A stretch of DNA of 64,000 bases from Amoebophrya sp. A120 (Eukaryota; Protista; Dinoflagellata): positions 378,475-442,474 of the forward strand of contig CAJINV010000019.1 of NCBI GenBank assembly GCA_905178155.1. The letters are read 5' to 3'. The notes beneath the pieces were generated by a model. It searched no databases and was not told where the DNA came from. It was given only the letters and a program-made list of their open reading frames with translations. Of the stretch, positions 47,458 to 60,057 are shown one piece after another. A program made the position numbers and the translations under genes. Within the stretch, counting starts at the first letter, position 1. Each line of letters starts with the position of its first letter.

Positions 47458-50400
47458 CTACACCGTCGCGCAGTGCAGCCCGAACTTTGTACTAGCGACC
47501 GCCTCGTTTTTTTCCTCCAGCTTTATTTGCAAAAGCCCTCGCCAAATTTCGTTCCCTGTGTCAATGAACTTGTGGTGGAAAGTGGCGAGAATGACTCTTT
47601 GCACGAGCCGGATGTACAAAAGCTCTACGCGGTCCAGAAAGTTGTTCTCGTTTTCGTCCCTGACGGCAGAAGTAGAATTTGTTGATTGTGATGCAGTCGG
47701 AGAGTCGAAAAGATTTCCGTGTTATGAGAGTGCACGACTTCGAAACCCCCTGATGTTCAGTGGCGAAAGAACAGCAACACAAGCAATTATGCCACAGATG
47801 CACTTGGAAGTTTTCCGCGCGACATCGAATCTGCACAGAAAGATTGTCGTAAGTGGGCACTGGTGTCGTGGGGGGCCGCTCTAAACCGACCTTTCATGAT
47901 GCAACGAGTGCTTGCTTCAAGGCTGCATAAAGGGATACTACGATCTTTTGATCCTTGCACTTCGTGTCTACTTCCATGACAACCGTCAAGCTGGAATCGA
48001 AGTTACGCACTCTTTATCAAATGCAAAAGTGTCTGGGTCTGGAAGAATGCAAGACTTGTCATGCAGTTTCTCCATGACCCATGAGGTCTGGAATGCAGGA
48101 CCTAGCATGACAGATTCTGTGCGATCTCTCTGATGCCTATCCTGCATGAGAGACTCCCTCCCGACTTGGTCAAAACTGAACGACTCTTGGTAATCATCGT
48201 TCGTTCGTTGTGGATCGGCTCTGCCGACCGGGTAACCCAACGCCTTGCATACAAATGACCGACTTAGGCGAACCCCGTTGCGGGACATACAAATTGGCCG
48301 TACGGAAGGGCCCTAAGCGCTACATACATAGTTCACCCTAAGCGCCTACCACTTCGGTCTGGGACCTCGTCTACCTGATCCTGGGGGTCCACAGCGCACT
48401 AGCCCTTTGCTAGCATAAACAGATTGGGTTCTACAAAGTGATCTAACTCCCCCCATCCTTTAAACAGTAAGGCCATCCTAAATGTGCGCTAAAACGGGCT
48501 CAGGGCGCTCCGTACGGAAGGGAGCCTTTCGACGCGGCGCACACTCTCCTGTAGAGATTTACGCGGAACACGGATGGGCCGCGCACGCAACTCAGTCGAG
48601 GAGGACGCGCGCTATCCTCAATAACAGAGGCGGTAGTCCCTCACGGCGGCTGGCCTGTCTGAAGACTGTAAACCCCACCTCCCATCTTCCCGGTTCGTCA
48701 ATGACTCGGGCGAGCCATGTTACTTAGACTCCCCGCACATGCAAATATGGGACGGCTGGGGGGGTTTAAAAAGGGCTCGCGCCATTCGTGATCTACTATA
48801 AAAGAAAAAGCCTTACGTATACAATTGGCGGAGCTTATAGCTACTAGCTGATGGCCTCCTGTTTAATGCTTCATCTCCCTCCCTCCTCATTTCTTTCGCT
48901 TTAATTAAATTCGCCCCCCTCTTCCCCTTCAACTCGCCTCCGTTTCAATTTAACTCGCCGCCATTTAACTCGCCTCCTTCCTTTTCCTCTCTTGCCTCTT
49001 CTCCACTTTAACTCGCCCCCTTTCCCATCTAGCAAGCTGCTCCCGGCTCGCGGTTCAGAATCTTTATCTTCGCCCATTCGAGTCGAACCCTCTGCGTTAC
49101 GCTCGCCTGGCCTCGCTACCGGCGTAGTGACGTTTTTTTTTTTTTTTTTTTTGGGTCTGGATCGTCTCCGGCCTCATCTATCTGAATGGGCTCGATCTTC
49201 TCCGCCTCTTGTCTTTACCTGTTTCGCATATTTTTGGGATCCTGTAAGTTCCTCGCCCTGCTTCGTGATCTGCCTGAGTGCTCCCGTGCTGATCTTGGTT
49301 GTATCAATTTCATCGGCCGCGTAATGGATCCACTGGCTGGGCAGAGTTGGAAGGCTCTGAGAGCGATAGCGGGGCGTTGGGACGAACGCGCCAAGTCTCG
49401 CGAATCTTCTCGCAGGCTTCTTCTTCTTTTTTTTTTTTTTAACTCCCTATTGTTTCCGTTTCAGACTTAGAACTTTACTGGACTGGACTGCTGTACTTTT
49501 CAGCAGCCTTCGAAGTCTTGCAGTGATGTGTTTTTCAAACGGTCAACGAAGTGCATTTCTCAAACTTGTAGAACACAGATTTTTGCATGCTTCAGATTTA
49601 GCATGACAAGTTGCATTCTTCCAGACCCAGACATTTTTGCATTTGATACTCTTTCCATACGTGTTCCTCCGCGGTCAAAACGAATTTCTGGAACTTGTCA
49701 TGCGGCGCCGCATGCAGGATTTTCCGGTAGAGAGCGGCGCCCAGGTAGTCGCCCTCGTTTTGAAACGAACGGTGTCTACCTGTGTGCGGCGCGCCATGAT
49801 CTATTGAGAGGAAAAATCCCCCTGCCCCATATCAAGACGAAACTTCTGATTTTGGATGGCTAAGGGCTGGGTGTCCCTGTTTAGACTATACCTAAAAAAC
49901 TTAAACCACATACCCGGTAAACTCTAGTAGGATTATTTGGACGATGTGATTTCTACCGAAAGACAGCAACAACAGCTCCTGGGAAGGCGGCGTAGTGAGC
50001 TGTGTTGTTATCTGAGTAGAAATAACTTCGTACAAATGTGCCCACTAGCACCGAGGGATCAAAAACAGTATAGAAAGGAGTACTACCAAAAAGAAAAAAC
50101 AATCTCTAACTCTACTTTACATAAAAACGCCCTAAAGCTGGCACCATCACACTGGTACAACAGAAAAACCACCACTAGAAAAGGGGAGTCGCGCAAGACA
50201 AACCCACGTGGGGACGCATGCAAACGGCCAAAAAACGGAGTAACCGACATGGACACCCGTCGGTATCGCGAACTACACACATGTGGTAGCGCGAAATGTC
50301 ATGCTCAAAACGTCATGACCAAAAACAACCAAGACGAAACTTCTGATGCTGGATTTGAGTACACAAATCCGCGCTGTCTTACTGGGGAGCACTGCAGGCC

Positions 50401-53400
50401 CATACTAAGTGTGAGTAGAGAGGTTTTGGCCTGGGCATTTAGCATGAAAAACGTCAGCACTGTAGGCCCGGCAGCATGACGGACCGCCTGCGCAATGCGG
50501 CCGAGCCTGCGGAGTTGCCTTCTTGCAAGACAGACACGGTTTGTGGCCACAAATCAGCATCGCAAATTTCCAAAAAGATACCTTTTCAGTAGGGAGAGGG
50601 GGGATTTTTCATTTTGATATGATCCGCTCCAGAACTACGAGCGAGGTGCTCCAGAATTGGGCCGCCGCGGAAGGCCAGCGCCTGGTCCGTTTCTTGCGCA
50701 ATCACAAGCGGAGGCCGTTCGTCGAGTATGAGAATGCTGAAAAAAATTTCCACCCACGCGAACTCGAACTTGACGCGGAAGAACCTGGACGACGAGTTAG
50801 TTGCTTCACTGCCAATGCCACCTCGTGCTGCGTTGTAGTTCTTCTTGAACTTGTTCCCTCTCTTTCCTCTGCTTTCCCGCAACGTAGTTTTAGCGATGGA
50901 TCGCTGCGTGAGGAATTCCAGCAATTTTAGCGCGTACCCGTAGTTGTTTTCCTGGCCACCCTTCAATACATTTCTACTCGGTGGATCAACGGAGTCGTCT
51001 ACGTGAACCTCATTCTCATGTTCCTTGTCCTGGTGTACAACTCCTGTATGTACAAACTGCAGTCTCGCCGTCCGATTAAACCCCCACACATACGTATCGC
51101 AAAGAAAATAAACTCTGACACAGCCTCATCATCTTATTCTTTCATTCATGATCTGAAGGTCCAAATAACTAACGCTTTAAGTTTAAGTAGCAAACTGAGA
51201 GAGTTTTTACATTTTTCCTGAACCATAATCCGCTGCTGGGGATACGAACAGCAACTTTCGCAACTCCGCTCCGCCCGGACCAGACGAAACGAACTCCCGC
51301 GAGCTCAGCTCGTGCGTTTTGTCTTCCTCCATCAGTCTGGGTCGTCCTTTGTTCACGCCCGAACGCGGCCGGGTGTTGGCAGCAAGCGCGTCGAGATCAT
51401 TTTCGGTGGTCGATGTTTCTGCATGATCCTCGTGAGGACCTTGCTCTTGATGTCCACGATTGGTAGTCATCTCTTCTTCAACGCGGTGCTGGTCTACTAT
51501 TTCAAAATCGTCGCCAGATGGAGCAGCACCAGTCTTCCTTCTTCTACCCAGAAACAAGCCAACCATCTGTCCCCGACACTGTGTCTTCGCGAGAAACTGG
51601 TACAAAAAGTTCAACATCGGCAACACCACGCGTCTGGGGGCGAGGTTCGCGATACGGTACAAGGCCTCCTCGTGCATGGAAAGAAAAAACTTGTGCGTCA
51701 AATACCCGAAGGCTCCAGCGTTGTGCCGGCACTCTTCCTCCTTGTAGTTGCCTTGCAGGAAGAAAATCAGCAGAAACTTCAAGCGCAACGCCCAGCTCGC
51801 ACTCACGCAGGGTTTGATTCGGCTCCCGTAGTCGAAGAACTGCGTGGCCAGCAGCACTTCCCCGCGCGAGAACTCGTCCCACCGGGCCAGGCGGCACGGG
51901 GGCAGGTTGTTGTGTATTACAGTGAAAAATGCCCCCTCCCTATATCAAAGCGGAAATCTGTGATGCAGATTTGTGGCCACAAATCAGCTTTGTGATGCTA
52001 GAAGGCAAGAGATGCGGACCGTAGTGCTGTCTCTAGCATGGGAATAAACCTATGCGTCTCCAGCATGACAGGAGACAACTAGACAAGTGGGAAACACCAT
52101 GACAGATTACCTGCAATTTAGGCCGCAGCTTCGTCGCTTGGCCTTCTAGCAGTTGATTTGTGTACTCAAATACAGCATCACAAATTCGCGCATCTTCCGT
52201 TTCCGATATGGGGTGGGGGCTTTTTTCACTTTGATATTGTGCGGCAGGTCGCTATCGCACGGGTACAACTTTGCCTCGTCGGCAATGTCGAAAATTCGCT
52301 TCTCGTTCTCATCGTTCCTGTTCCAAACGCCCGCAACGATGTTCGTGTAGTGCTTCTCTTGCAATCTCGACCGGTCCAGCGTGCTCGAGAGAATCTGCGC
52401 GTCCCGGTGCCTCTCCAATGCAAAACTGTCTGGGAGGTCCTCTTGAAGAAGGCAAAGCTTGTCATGCTTTGATAAGTACATGGGTGGGGGAGAAGAAAGG
52501 CATGCTGTGAGTGTGACTCCTGTTGCGATACAACGCCCGGCTTTTATCTTTGTCATGCAGTGAAGACAAGGTCTCAACAGTCTCACGCGACTTAATGGAT
52601 GCGGACGAACACATAGCAGCTCTTCACAAACTTATCGTGCGCGGCTCGAAAGATGAAGACGAGGGTTGTACTTCTCGTGCGTATCATCTACAACACATTA
52701 GCATCGCAAGTTTCATCCAGAGGACCCAGACACATTTCCAATCCATAGTGCCACTGAGGCTGCGACCCGCGTTTCGTGTTCTGGCCACTTGCGAAGGACG
52801 ACGATCCTGGCTGCTGTGAAGATGCTTCGACTTCTCTACTTCTTCTTGCGCTATCGCTATCCTCAGATTCTTCCGACATAATGCTTTGTGCCCGCACCAT
52901 CTGGAGCGCGAAATTTCTCAACCAGCTCCAGACGTCATGCGGGTAGAAATCCAGGGGGAACACGTCCGTTACCGTCGCAGGACCGTCATGGAAGTAATGG
53001 GTCGTCTTGGTCGGACGTTGTACTACCTGATTTTCAAGCTCCTCATCTAGCAGCTGCTCGTCACCAACGCTTCTGTAAAGCTCTCGCAACAGCCGCGTTT
53101 CTTCTGCCGTATTTTTCCCGAAGTAGTCGTAGCTGCTTTTCTTGTTGCTCTCACTAAAAATGCTTCTTCGGAGGGTGCTAGAGGCAGCTTGCTCAACATC
53201 TAGTGCACCAGCAGCAGGACTTCCTATACCTGCTCCTGCTTCGTTTCCCATTATACTTTGCGCGACTGCCGAGTCGTCCTGTCGCTCTTCATCCTTAGAA
53301 TTTCTCGTCCCCTGATGGTACATTATCCCGACCTGCAACCGAAATTTTCCGATCAGCTGTGACAGACTGGAGTAGGGCGACCCGATAAACTGCCAGGCCA

Positions 53401-56400
53401 GAACGCAAATCACGATATCGAGCAGGAGCGCCATGTCCGCGAGCTTTCCCCGGGCATCGAAAGTAGACCGGTACTTCTCGCCGTGTAGTTTTTTCACGAC
53501 TACAGCTGGATTTCTGCTTTTTGCACCACGATTTACTTCGTTTTCCTCCTCACGACTCGGCTGCGCCGGATCTCCTCGGTCGACGTGTTGTTCATCTGCG
53601 CCGGCTTTCTGCTCGGTTGCTCCTGCTTCGTGCATGCTGTTAACATTGTCCTCTTCTTCACCTGTAGTTCTTCCTAGTAGCAATTTATTAAATGCAAAAA
53701 TATCTGGGTCTGGAAGAATGCAACTTGTCATGCTAAATCTGAAACAAGCAAGAATCTGTGTTGCATGATTACCAGAAGTCGTCCAGTTTTGACCAAGTCG
53801 GGAGGGAGTTTCTCATGCAGGATAGGCATGAGAGAGGTCGCACAGAATCTGTCATGCTAGGTCCTGCATTCCAGACCTCATGGGTCATGGAAAAGCTGCC
53901 TGACAAATCGCTCATTCTTCCAGACCCAGACATTTTTACATTTGATACAATTCCGCAGCGTCCTTGGAGGAGAACACCGCGAATCCGTTTTCCTCTATCA
54001 AATGTAAAAATGTCTGGGTCTGGAAACTTGTGATGCTGGTTGGCGTATCATGAGGCGGCCACAAATGCTGGCTCAGCATGACAAGTTTCTGAGCTCCTAG
54101 GTGTTGCCTATTCTGCATGACAAACTGCGCTGCTGCATCACAGAAACGCGGAGCTCTTGGGTAACGTGCATGACAGATTTAAGAGTCATGCCAGACAAGC
54201 ATGACAAACGTGACTTCTTCCAGACCCAGACATTTTTACATTTCATTTCCTCCAGCCGGTCCCGAAAGTCCCTCACTCCGGGGTCGTCTGCGTTGTCGGT
54301 GGAAATAAACACGGTGCGCGACCGCTCCGCCCGCGCGAGGTCCGCCACCTGCTCCCACGGCTTGACCCCAAACGCGATGCGAATGTGGACCGCGGTGACC
54401 CGGTGTTTTTGCAGCTGCAGCAAGAAATCCCTGCCGTTTTTGACGTGCGTCAGAGGCGTCGTGGGTAAAGTAGAGGGTTGGTTCTCATTTTTTACTTGTG
54501 AAGAAGATCCTGTTGGTGCTGATTCTAACATTTCCGCGGTAGCTGCACTGGGAGTTCCATGATCTTTATCCCCGTCTTTCAACAGTGGAAAGATGACGAA
54601 TCGCTCCAGAATGTTCTTCCAGAAAAATCGGTGCAGCATCGCTTGAAACTCGCTGAAATCAAAATTGAGAAGTAGACCCCGTTTTTTATCTGACGAAGTG
54701 GCAGGAGAATGATCGACGTCCCTTGCATTGCCATTCTCAACCTCTCCCACCCGCCCCGTCGACCAATCCACCGTGTGGAACAGCTGCCGAAAGTTTACGC
54801 ATTTCTGGTTCTGCAGCAGAAGTGACTCCAAGTAGTCGAAAGCGCAGGGCCGGATGTGGGTTGCCAAATCCGTGAGCGTGCTTCGGTGTTTCACAGCGTC
54901 GAGCCCGATCTCGGTTGTCAAATGCGGCCGCGACCGGACAAATTCCTCGACCGTGGAGAAGTCTTTCGCGACCCGGCACCGGTGTTGCAAAAACGGCTTG
55001 ACCAGTCTCGGTAAAAGCTTGCGCCCCGGCGGCGCGCCAAGCAGGAGAAACTCGTACAGCTCTTTGATCTGTTTCCCAGACACCGTGTCGAGCGTGGTTT
55101 TGTCTGGTGCCGAGATAATTTTCCGGCTTTTACTGTACGCGAGAATCGCCGCTTTCATGTTGTCATGCATCGTATTTAAAAACGTCCCCACCCCAGAGTT
55201 CTTGCAGTGCAAATCTGCATGCTGAGTATGTTTCTCATGCGGAGCCCCATGAGAGGCCGAGCCTAGTCGTGTTTTGGAATTTGTCATGCTCCAATCAGCG
55301 TGATGCACTAGATCTGTGATGCTGCTTAGCTACCTCAAACAGCACTGCGCTACGAGTCCAAATTTCTCATGCAGAACAACCAAAACTTCTGGATTTGTCT
55401 AGCCAATTCCCCATCTTAACTATGGGGTGGGGACGTTTTTACATAGGATATCCTGCAGCTCCATTTCGTTCTTTATTTCAGCTGGAAGTTCATCTCGCTG
55501 TGCTCCAGTTCTCTCAACAGTATCAAAATCTGCTTCCAAAGGCGCGTCGTGGTCGCGCAAAGACGATTTTATTTCCGTGTCCGCTTGATGTTCAGACCAC
55601 CTCTCGCCTACCAAGCGGTCTCCCACAACCTGTGCATGGGTACAGCCACCGGGCTCCTGCGACGGGCGGTCAACATGATCTCGTTCCCAAAGCTGTCGCA
55701 GGGTCGCCGCATCCATCTGTCGCAGATGATCCTCCCCTAGCGCAGCCAGGGACATCTGGTAACGTATCCTATCTAAAAACGTACCCACCCCATAGTCAAG
55801 ATGGGGAATCGGCTAGACAAATCCACAAGCTTTGGCTGTTTCGCATGACAAATTTGGACGCGTAGTGTAGTGCTGTTTGAGCTAGTTCAGCAGCATTGCA
55901 GAACTAGTCTCTCATGCTGATTGGAGCATGACAAATTTCAAAACACCATTACAAAATGCTCCTCATGGGGCTCCGCATGAGAAACATTTGAAGCGTGCCG
56001 ATTTGCATGACAACTCTGGTGTGGAGACGTTTTTACTCAGGATATAACGCCCGACATACCTATCCTGCAGCAACGAATAGTGCACCTTATCAAATGTAAA
56101 AGTGTCTGGGTCGGGAAGAGTGCATGTTTGTCATGCTTGTCTGGCATGACTCTCAAATCTGTCATGCACGTTACCCAAGAGCGCCATTCTTCTGTCATGC
56201 AGAAACGCAGTTTGTCATGCAGAGTAGGCAACACCTAGAAGCTCAGAAACTTGTCATGCTGAGCCAGCACTTGTGGCCTCCTCATGATACGCCACCCAGC
56301 ATCACAAGTTTCCAGACCCAGACATTTTTGCATTTGATACACCTCCAGGTGCTGCAAGTCTTTCGAACGGAGAGGTTTTTGTTCAACATCCGAAGTAGAT

Positions 56401-57843
56401 GCAGGAGTTGTTGTAGTGTCGTCAGTTTCTTTGTCTCGCTCTTGAGTCGTGTTCTCGGACTCGGCGGGGTTGTCCTTGTCGCTGTCAGTCTGCAGAAGTT
56501 CTGCGTTATTTTCGCTCTCGAACCCGTCCTCGCCAGTGGGAGGTCGCAGTCGCGTGTTCTCCTGTCTGGGTCCCGCAATGTCGGGCTCCTCTTCCAACAA
56601 TTTCCCGTTGTTCACCAAGTCCTCGATGGTGTCCAGCCCGTCGGAGTGGTACAGCCCGAGGAAGTACTCGGAGAACACGGTAAACAGCCCCTCGTCGCCG
56701 TCCGTCGGTATCAAGTGCAAAAATGTCTGGCTCTGGAAGAGTGTAAACTTGTCATGCAGGTTTTTCATGACCCATGAGGTCTGGAATGCGGGACATAGCG
56801 TGACAGACTCTGTGAGGTCCCTGCCATGCTTATCCTGCATGAGAAACTCCCTCCAAACTTGGTCCAAAGTGGACAGCTTTTGGCACTAATGCAACGCAGA
56901 TTTCTGCATGATTCGGATTTACCATGACAGATTGCAATCTTCCAGACCCAGACATTTTTGCAATCCATAGTCGGCAGGGTGAATCGAAACGGACCGTCGC
57001 GCCCGCTGCCGCCCGGGGTGTCCGACAAGTGCATGAAGGGGCAGTTCAGGTGGAAAAAGGAAGTTCCGAAGGAATGAAACGGAAACCGGTCGGTGATCGG
57101 ATTGTAGTTGGCGTTAGCTGTTTCCATGTCGTGGCTCGTCTGCGACAAAGCAGGCACTTCTCTCCCGTCCTGCAATACGGCCTTCGCTTCGGAAAGCGAA
57201 ATGCGGTGGATAGGCTTCTTCCAGAAGGTCAGCATGTCCAAGAACCGGTGTTCCTTTGCACTATCTTCATCTTTGGCTTGCCCCGCCAAGCCCGTGACTT
57301 CTTGTTCCGTTGCCCCGTCGGACCCCGCACTTCCTTCTAACTTGTCCGCATAGAACTTCTGCAGGTCCGCCAGCGTTTCGCCGAACAGCTGGGCCTGCAA
57401 GGGCAGGAGGAGCACGCGGCGTAGCGCCAGAGAGAGCAGACTCGCTTCCGCCAGCACGATCAGCCCGTTGCCCAGATGCGCCGGCCAGTCGTGGATGAGA
57501 AGGGGTCGGTGCATCGGGCTGCAGCAGTACAGGTGATAGTGGTACGACTCCTTCTCCCGCTCTTCGGCGGGGCTTTCGCCGGAGATCGCAGCTGAATCCG
57601 AGACAACATCCTCGAAGCCAGCGCGGCACTCGGGGTCCCTCTGCAGACAGCATCGTGCGTAGGTGAAAACGCGATCGAAGCAGGTGATTGGCGGACCTCC
57701 GGGGGGATTATTGAAGCAAAAACTGTGCTTGCAGTTTGGGGAAGAGTAAGATGAGCATGAGTATTTCTGCTGCTACAAAACGACATACGTACTGTTCTCT
57801 CGCAGGAGCCAGCGGCGTCTGATGACAAAGCGTGTTTCAACAT
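47458..57843 (-). CDS. large fucosyltransferase-like (GT-B) protein; start approximate
   Basis: HLGNGLIVLAEASLLSLALRRVLLLP; motif I TAVHIRI; motif II TVFISTDN; motif III LDIVICVLAWQFIGSPYSSLSQLI. The ORFs chain in frame across ten elements to TAG 47458-47460. Confidence 0.7.
48015..49648. mobile_element. family A introner enlarged by a 1.37-kb insert
   Basis: TIR; perfect TSD AAGAG; both halves match 41042-41303 in reverse orientation. Confidence 0.9.
48198..49571. mobile_element. unclassified insertion, retroposon-like
   Basis: Replaces the GC of TAATCAT-GC-AACACAG in the host core; (CGTT)3 at one end; long T-tracts; repeated TTAACTCGCC, CCGTACGGAAGGG and CCCTAAGCGC; no TSD and no convincing ORF. 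Confidence 0.6.
49802..50619. mobile_element. family B introner enlarged by an insert
   Basis: TIR; perfect TSD GATCA; restores GADHGAPH. Confidence 0.9.
49851..50329. mobile_element. retroposon-like insertion with 18-bp TSD
   Basis: CAAGACGAAACTTCTGAT duplicated at 49833-49850 and 50330-50347; A-rich right end. Confidence 0.72.
51915..52236. mobile_element. introner, family B
   Basis: TIR; perfect TSD CACAA. Confidence 0.9.
52412..52747. mobile_element. introner, family A-like
   Basis: TGTCTGG..GTCCTCT inner TIR; perfect TSD GGCAC. Confidence 0.82.
53686..53947. mobile_element. introner, family A
   Basis: TIR; perfect TSD AATTG. Confidence 0.92.
53996..54247. mobile_element. introner, family A
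   Basis: TIR; perfect TSD GAGGA; inverted close copy of 56088-56339. Confidence 0.9.
55168..55450. mobile_element. introner, family C
   Basis: TIR; TSD CAGGA/CATGA; close copy of 28606-28885. Confidence 0.9.
55765..56044. mobile_element. introner, family C (opposite orientation)
   Basis: TIR; perfect TSD CGTTA. Confidence 0.9.
56088..56339. mobile_element. introner, family A
   Basis: TIR; perfect TSD AGGTG. Confidence 0.92.
56709..56969. mobile_element. introner, family A
   Basis: TIR; perfect TSD CCGAC; close copy of 302-565. Confidence 0.92.
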
Positions 57844-59345
57844 CTTCTTCGCAATGATGTTACAGTAAAATGAAGACTTAGACGGATTTCTTCAACAAGA
57901 AGAGATGAATTTCTACTGTAGTGCTCCTGCGGTGCTGTTCTTCACTTCTTGTTCTTACAGCCCAACATACTTAGAAGACCTCCCCATAGTACGCCCACCA
58001 CAGTTGCCAGCATTAGGAACCCGTGACCGCGAGCGCCTGTAGTAGTGCCAGGAAATAAAAAGCCGCAACCCATTGCGCGAACTTGCGTGATCTGGAGGGT
58101 GCCATCTTGGTCAAAGAGAAGACACTAAAGCTACATTTTTCCTTCTTTCTTTCTTTCCTTCTTCAGCCGCGTCGCGTCACCGTAAGCGAAAAATGAATAA
58201 ATTGAAATCGGAGTCACACTTACAGTAGGGCCTTCGTTCACGAAGCTTGCACCGAATCAAGAAAAATGCCATCCCTCGAGCCGCTGATGGCCGTGGTTAT
58301 GCTTGATACGGGAAATAGCAACAACAGATCCACGCGCGGAACGCGCATGAAGCCAAATAGCTCAACATCACAATCACGACGATCAACCACTGAAATAATT
58401 GATCTTTTGCTTACTACCTTCACAAAAAGAAGCAGACGCAGAGCCAGAGGGGATCGTTTTTCACTCATAAAATAGATCCTCAGCCGCGCCAGCGCAATGC
58501 ATAAACGACATAATCCTTCAGAAGAAAACCATCGATCCCAGCCGCACTGCATGCACAAACAGAAATTGGCAATCAACACGAAGAAGGCATAGCCGACCAT
58601 CTCCAAGAGTCACACGGACATAAACGGCCCGCGTCCTTGTTTTTTCTGTGATGGATTACATCAAAAGCAAGGTGGATACAATTGAATTTGACAGCGACCT
58701 TGAATCAAATTTGTCATATGATATGCCAAAAATCCAAGAGAGATACAGATGACTGCGTGGTGACTTCCTCGGTACAAAAATTCTACAGGGTAAGTTGTAA
58801 AACTTTTCAAGCTTGCAGAATTTGAGTCCTCAAACTCAAACCCGAATAACGTCAAGGAACAAGTCCTCGTACACAAAAGTGCAAGTGTCACAATATGAGA
58901 ATGATCGTCAAATCGGTTGAATGAAAAAGAAAATTATGAAAGAGGAGCAAGGACACAAAAAAAAAACCGCCAAGTGCGATCTTAACACAACACGTAGGTC
59001 TTTAATTTACTACAAAAAAGGATCTTCGATCTTGAGACAGCTGCGTCGAAAAAAACCTGCCATGTGCGCCCCCCTGTCGCGGGACCCTACGAAGAGAAGC
59101 AGTAGGGATGAAACTGGCAAAGTCCGTTGTAGGCGATGCCCCCGTGTCCGGCGGACAGAATGTCGTCGTGCCACTGGATGCGCTGATTTGGTATTTATGG
59201 GCGAGAGTGGAGTTTTTCGATTTGACAACTTTTCATTTCAACTTCAGGAGCGAGGAAATAAATCTGCATGAGAAATGAAACTTTAACTTCCGGCTTCGTC
59301 GAATCCCGTCCCGCGACAATTACAGAACAGAACTGACCCTGAAAA

Positions 59346-60057
59346 CTAGAGCAAAAACACATCTACTACGAACGTTTTACCTTTCCCCGCTTCGGTTCTA
59401 GGATCACTTCGTCCAGAATATTCTTGAAGTCGAACTGGACCTTCGGTCGGCCCGTAAATTTCAGTCCTGTCACCGTGGACGCCGGGTCCGGTGGGACTCG
59501 CAAATTCTGGAATTTTGGCCCTTTTCTCGTGCTGGAAACGGGTGTCAATTCGGGGCTTAAAAATTGCACCAGCAGTGGCTCCTTTTTCCGTGGCGACCAC
59601 AGCTCGCGGGGCTTCGTTTGCTGGTTCACTCGGGCGGAAAGCTGTTTTTTTTCCAGTACAAACTTATTTCGATCGCAGATTCTGATTCTGGACTCCTCGG
59701 GTGCATGACAAACTCATTCAGAAAAATTTTCTAGAGCCGTTTTCTACTGCTCTCACCTAGCACCGCCCCCGCGTGAAGACAATATCGAAAAAAAAATGCA
59801 AATGCCTTCATTTCTACCTGACTCTCCCCTGCCTTCGCGATGATTCCTCTGCTGCTAGGTGTACTCCGCACATAATCGACATCATTCGCTGCCTTTGGCA
59901 AGTGTACCCTGCCGGTGTACCGCGCCCCCCGAGTTTGTATGTCGTCGAGATTTCTCAGTTGTAAGGATTGAATCAGCTGCAGCCTTGGTTCCGATGTCAT
60001 GCCGTTGTGCCGCATCTGCTTCGGCCGGTCGCAAATGATTCGAGCCTCGGCGGCCAT
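59346..60057 (-). CDS. hypothetical protein (at least two exons; boundaries unresolved)
   Basis: coding-like ORFs 59731-60057 and 59346-59600 with plausible GT/AG sites; no recognised motif. Confidence 0.35.

Noticed and set aside
48198-48800. Group II intron, hammerhead or HDV ribozyme in the insert
   Set aside because: Only partial look-alikes (CCGTACGG, CTGAAGA, CTCCTCG) without the full conserved cores; needs an Infernal scan.
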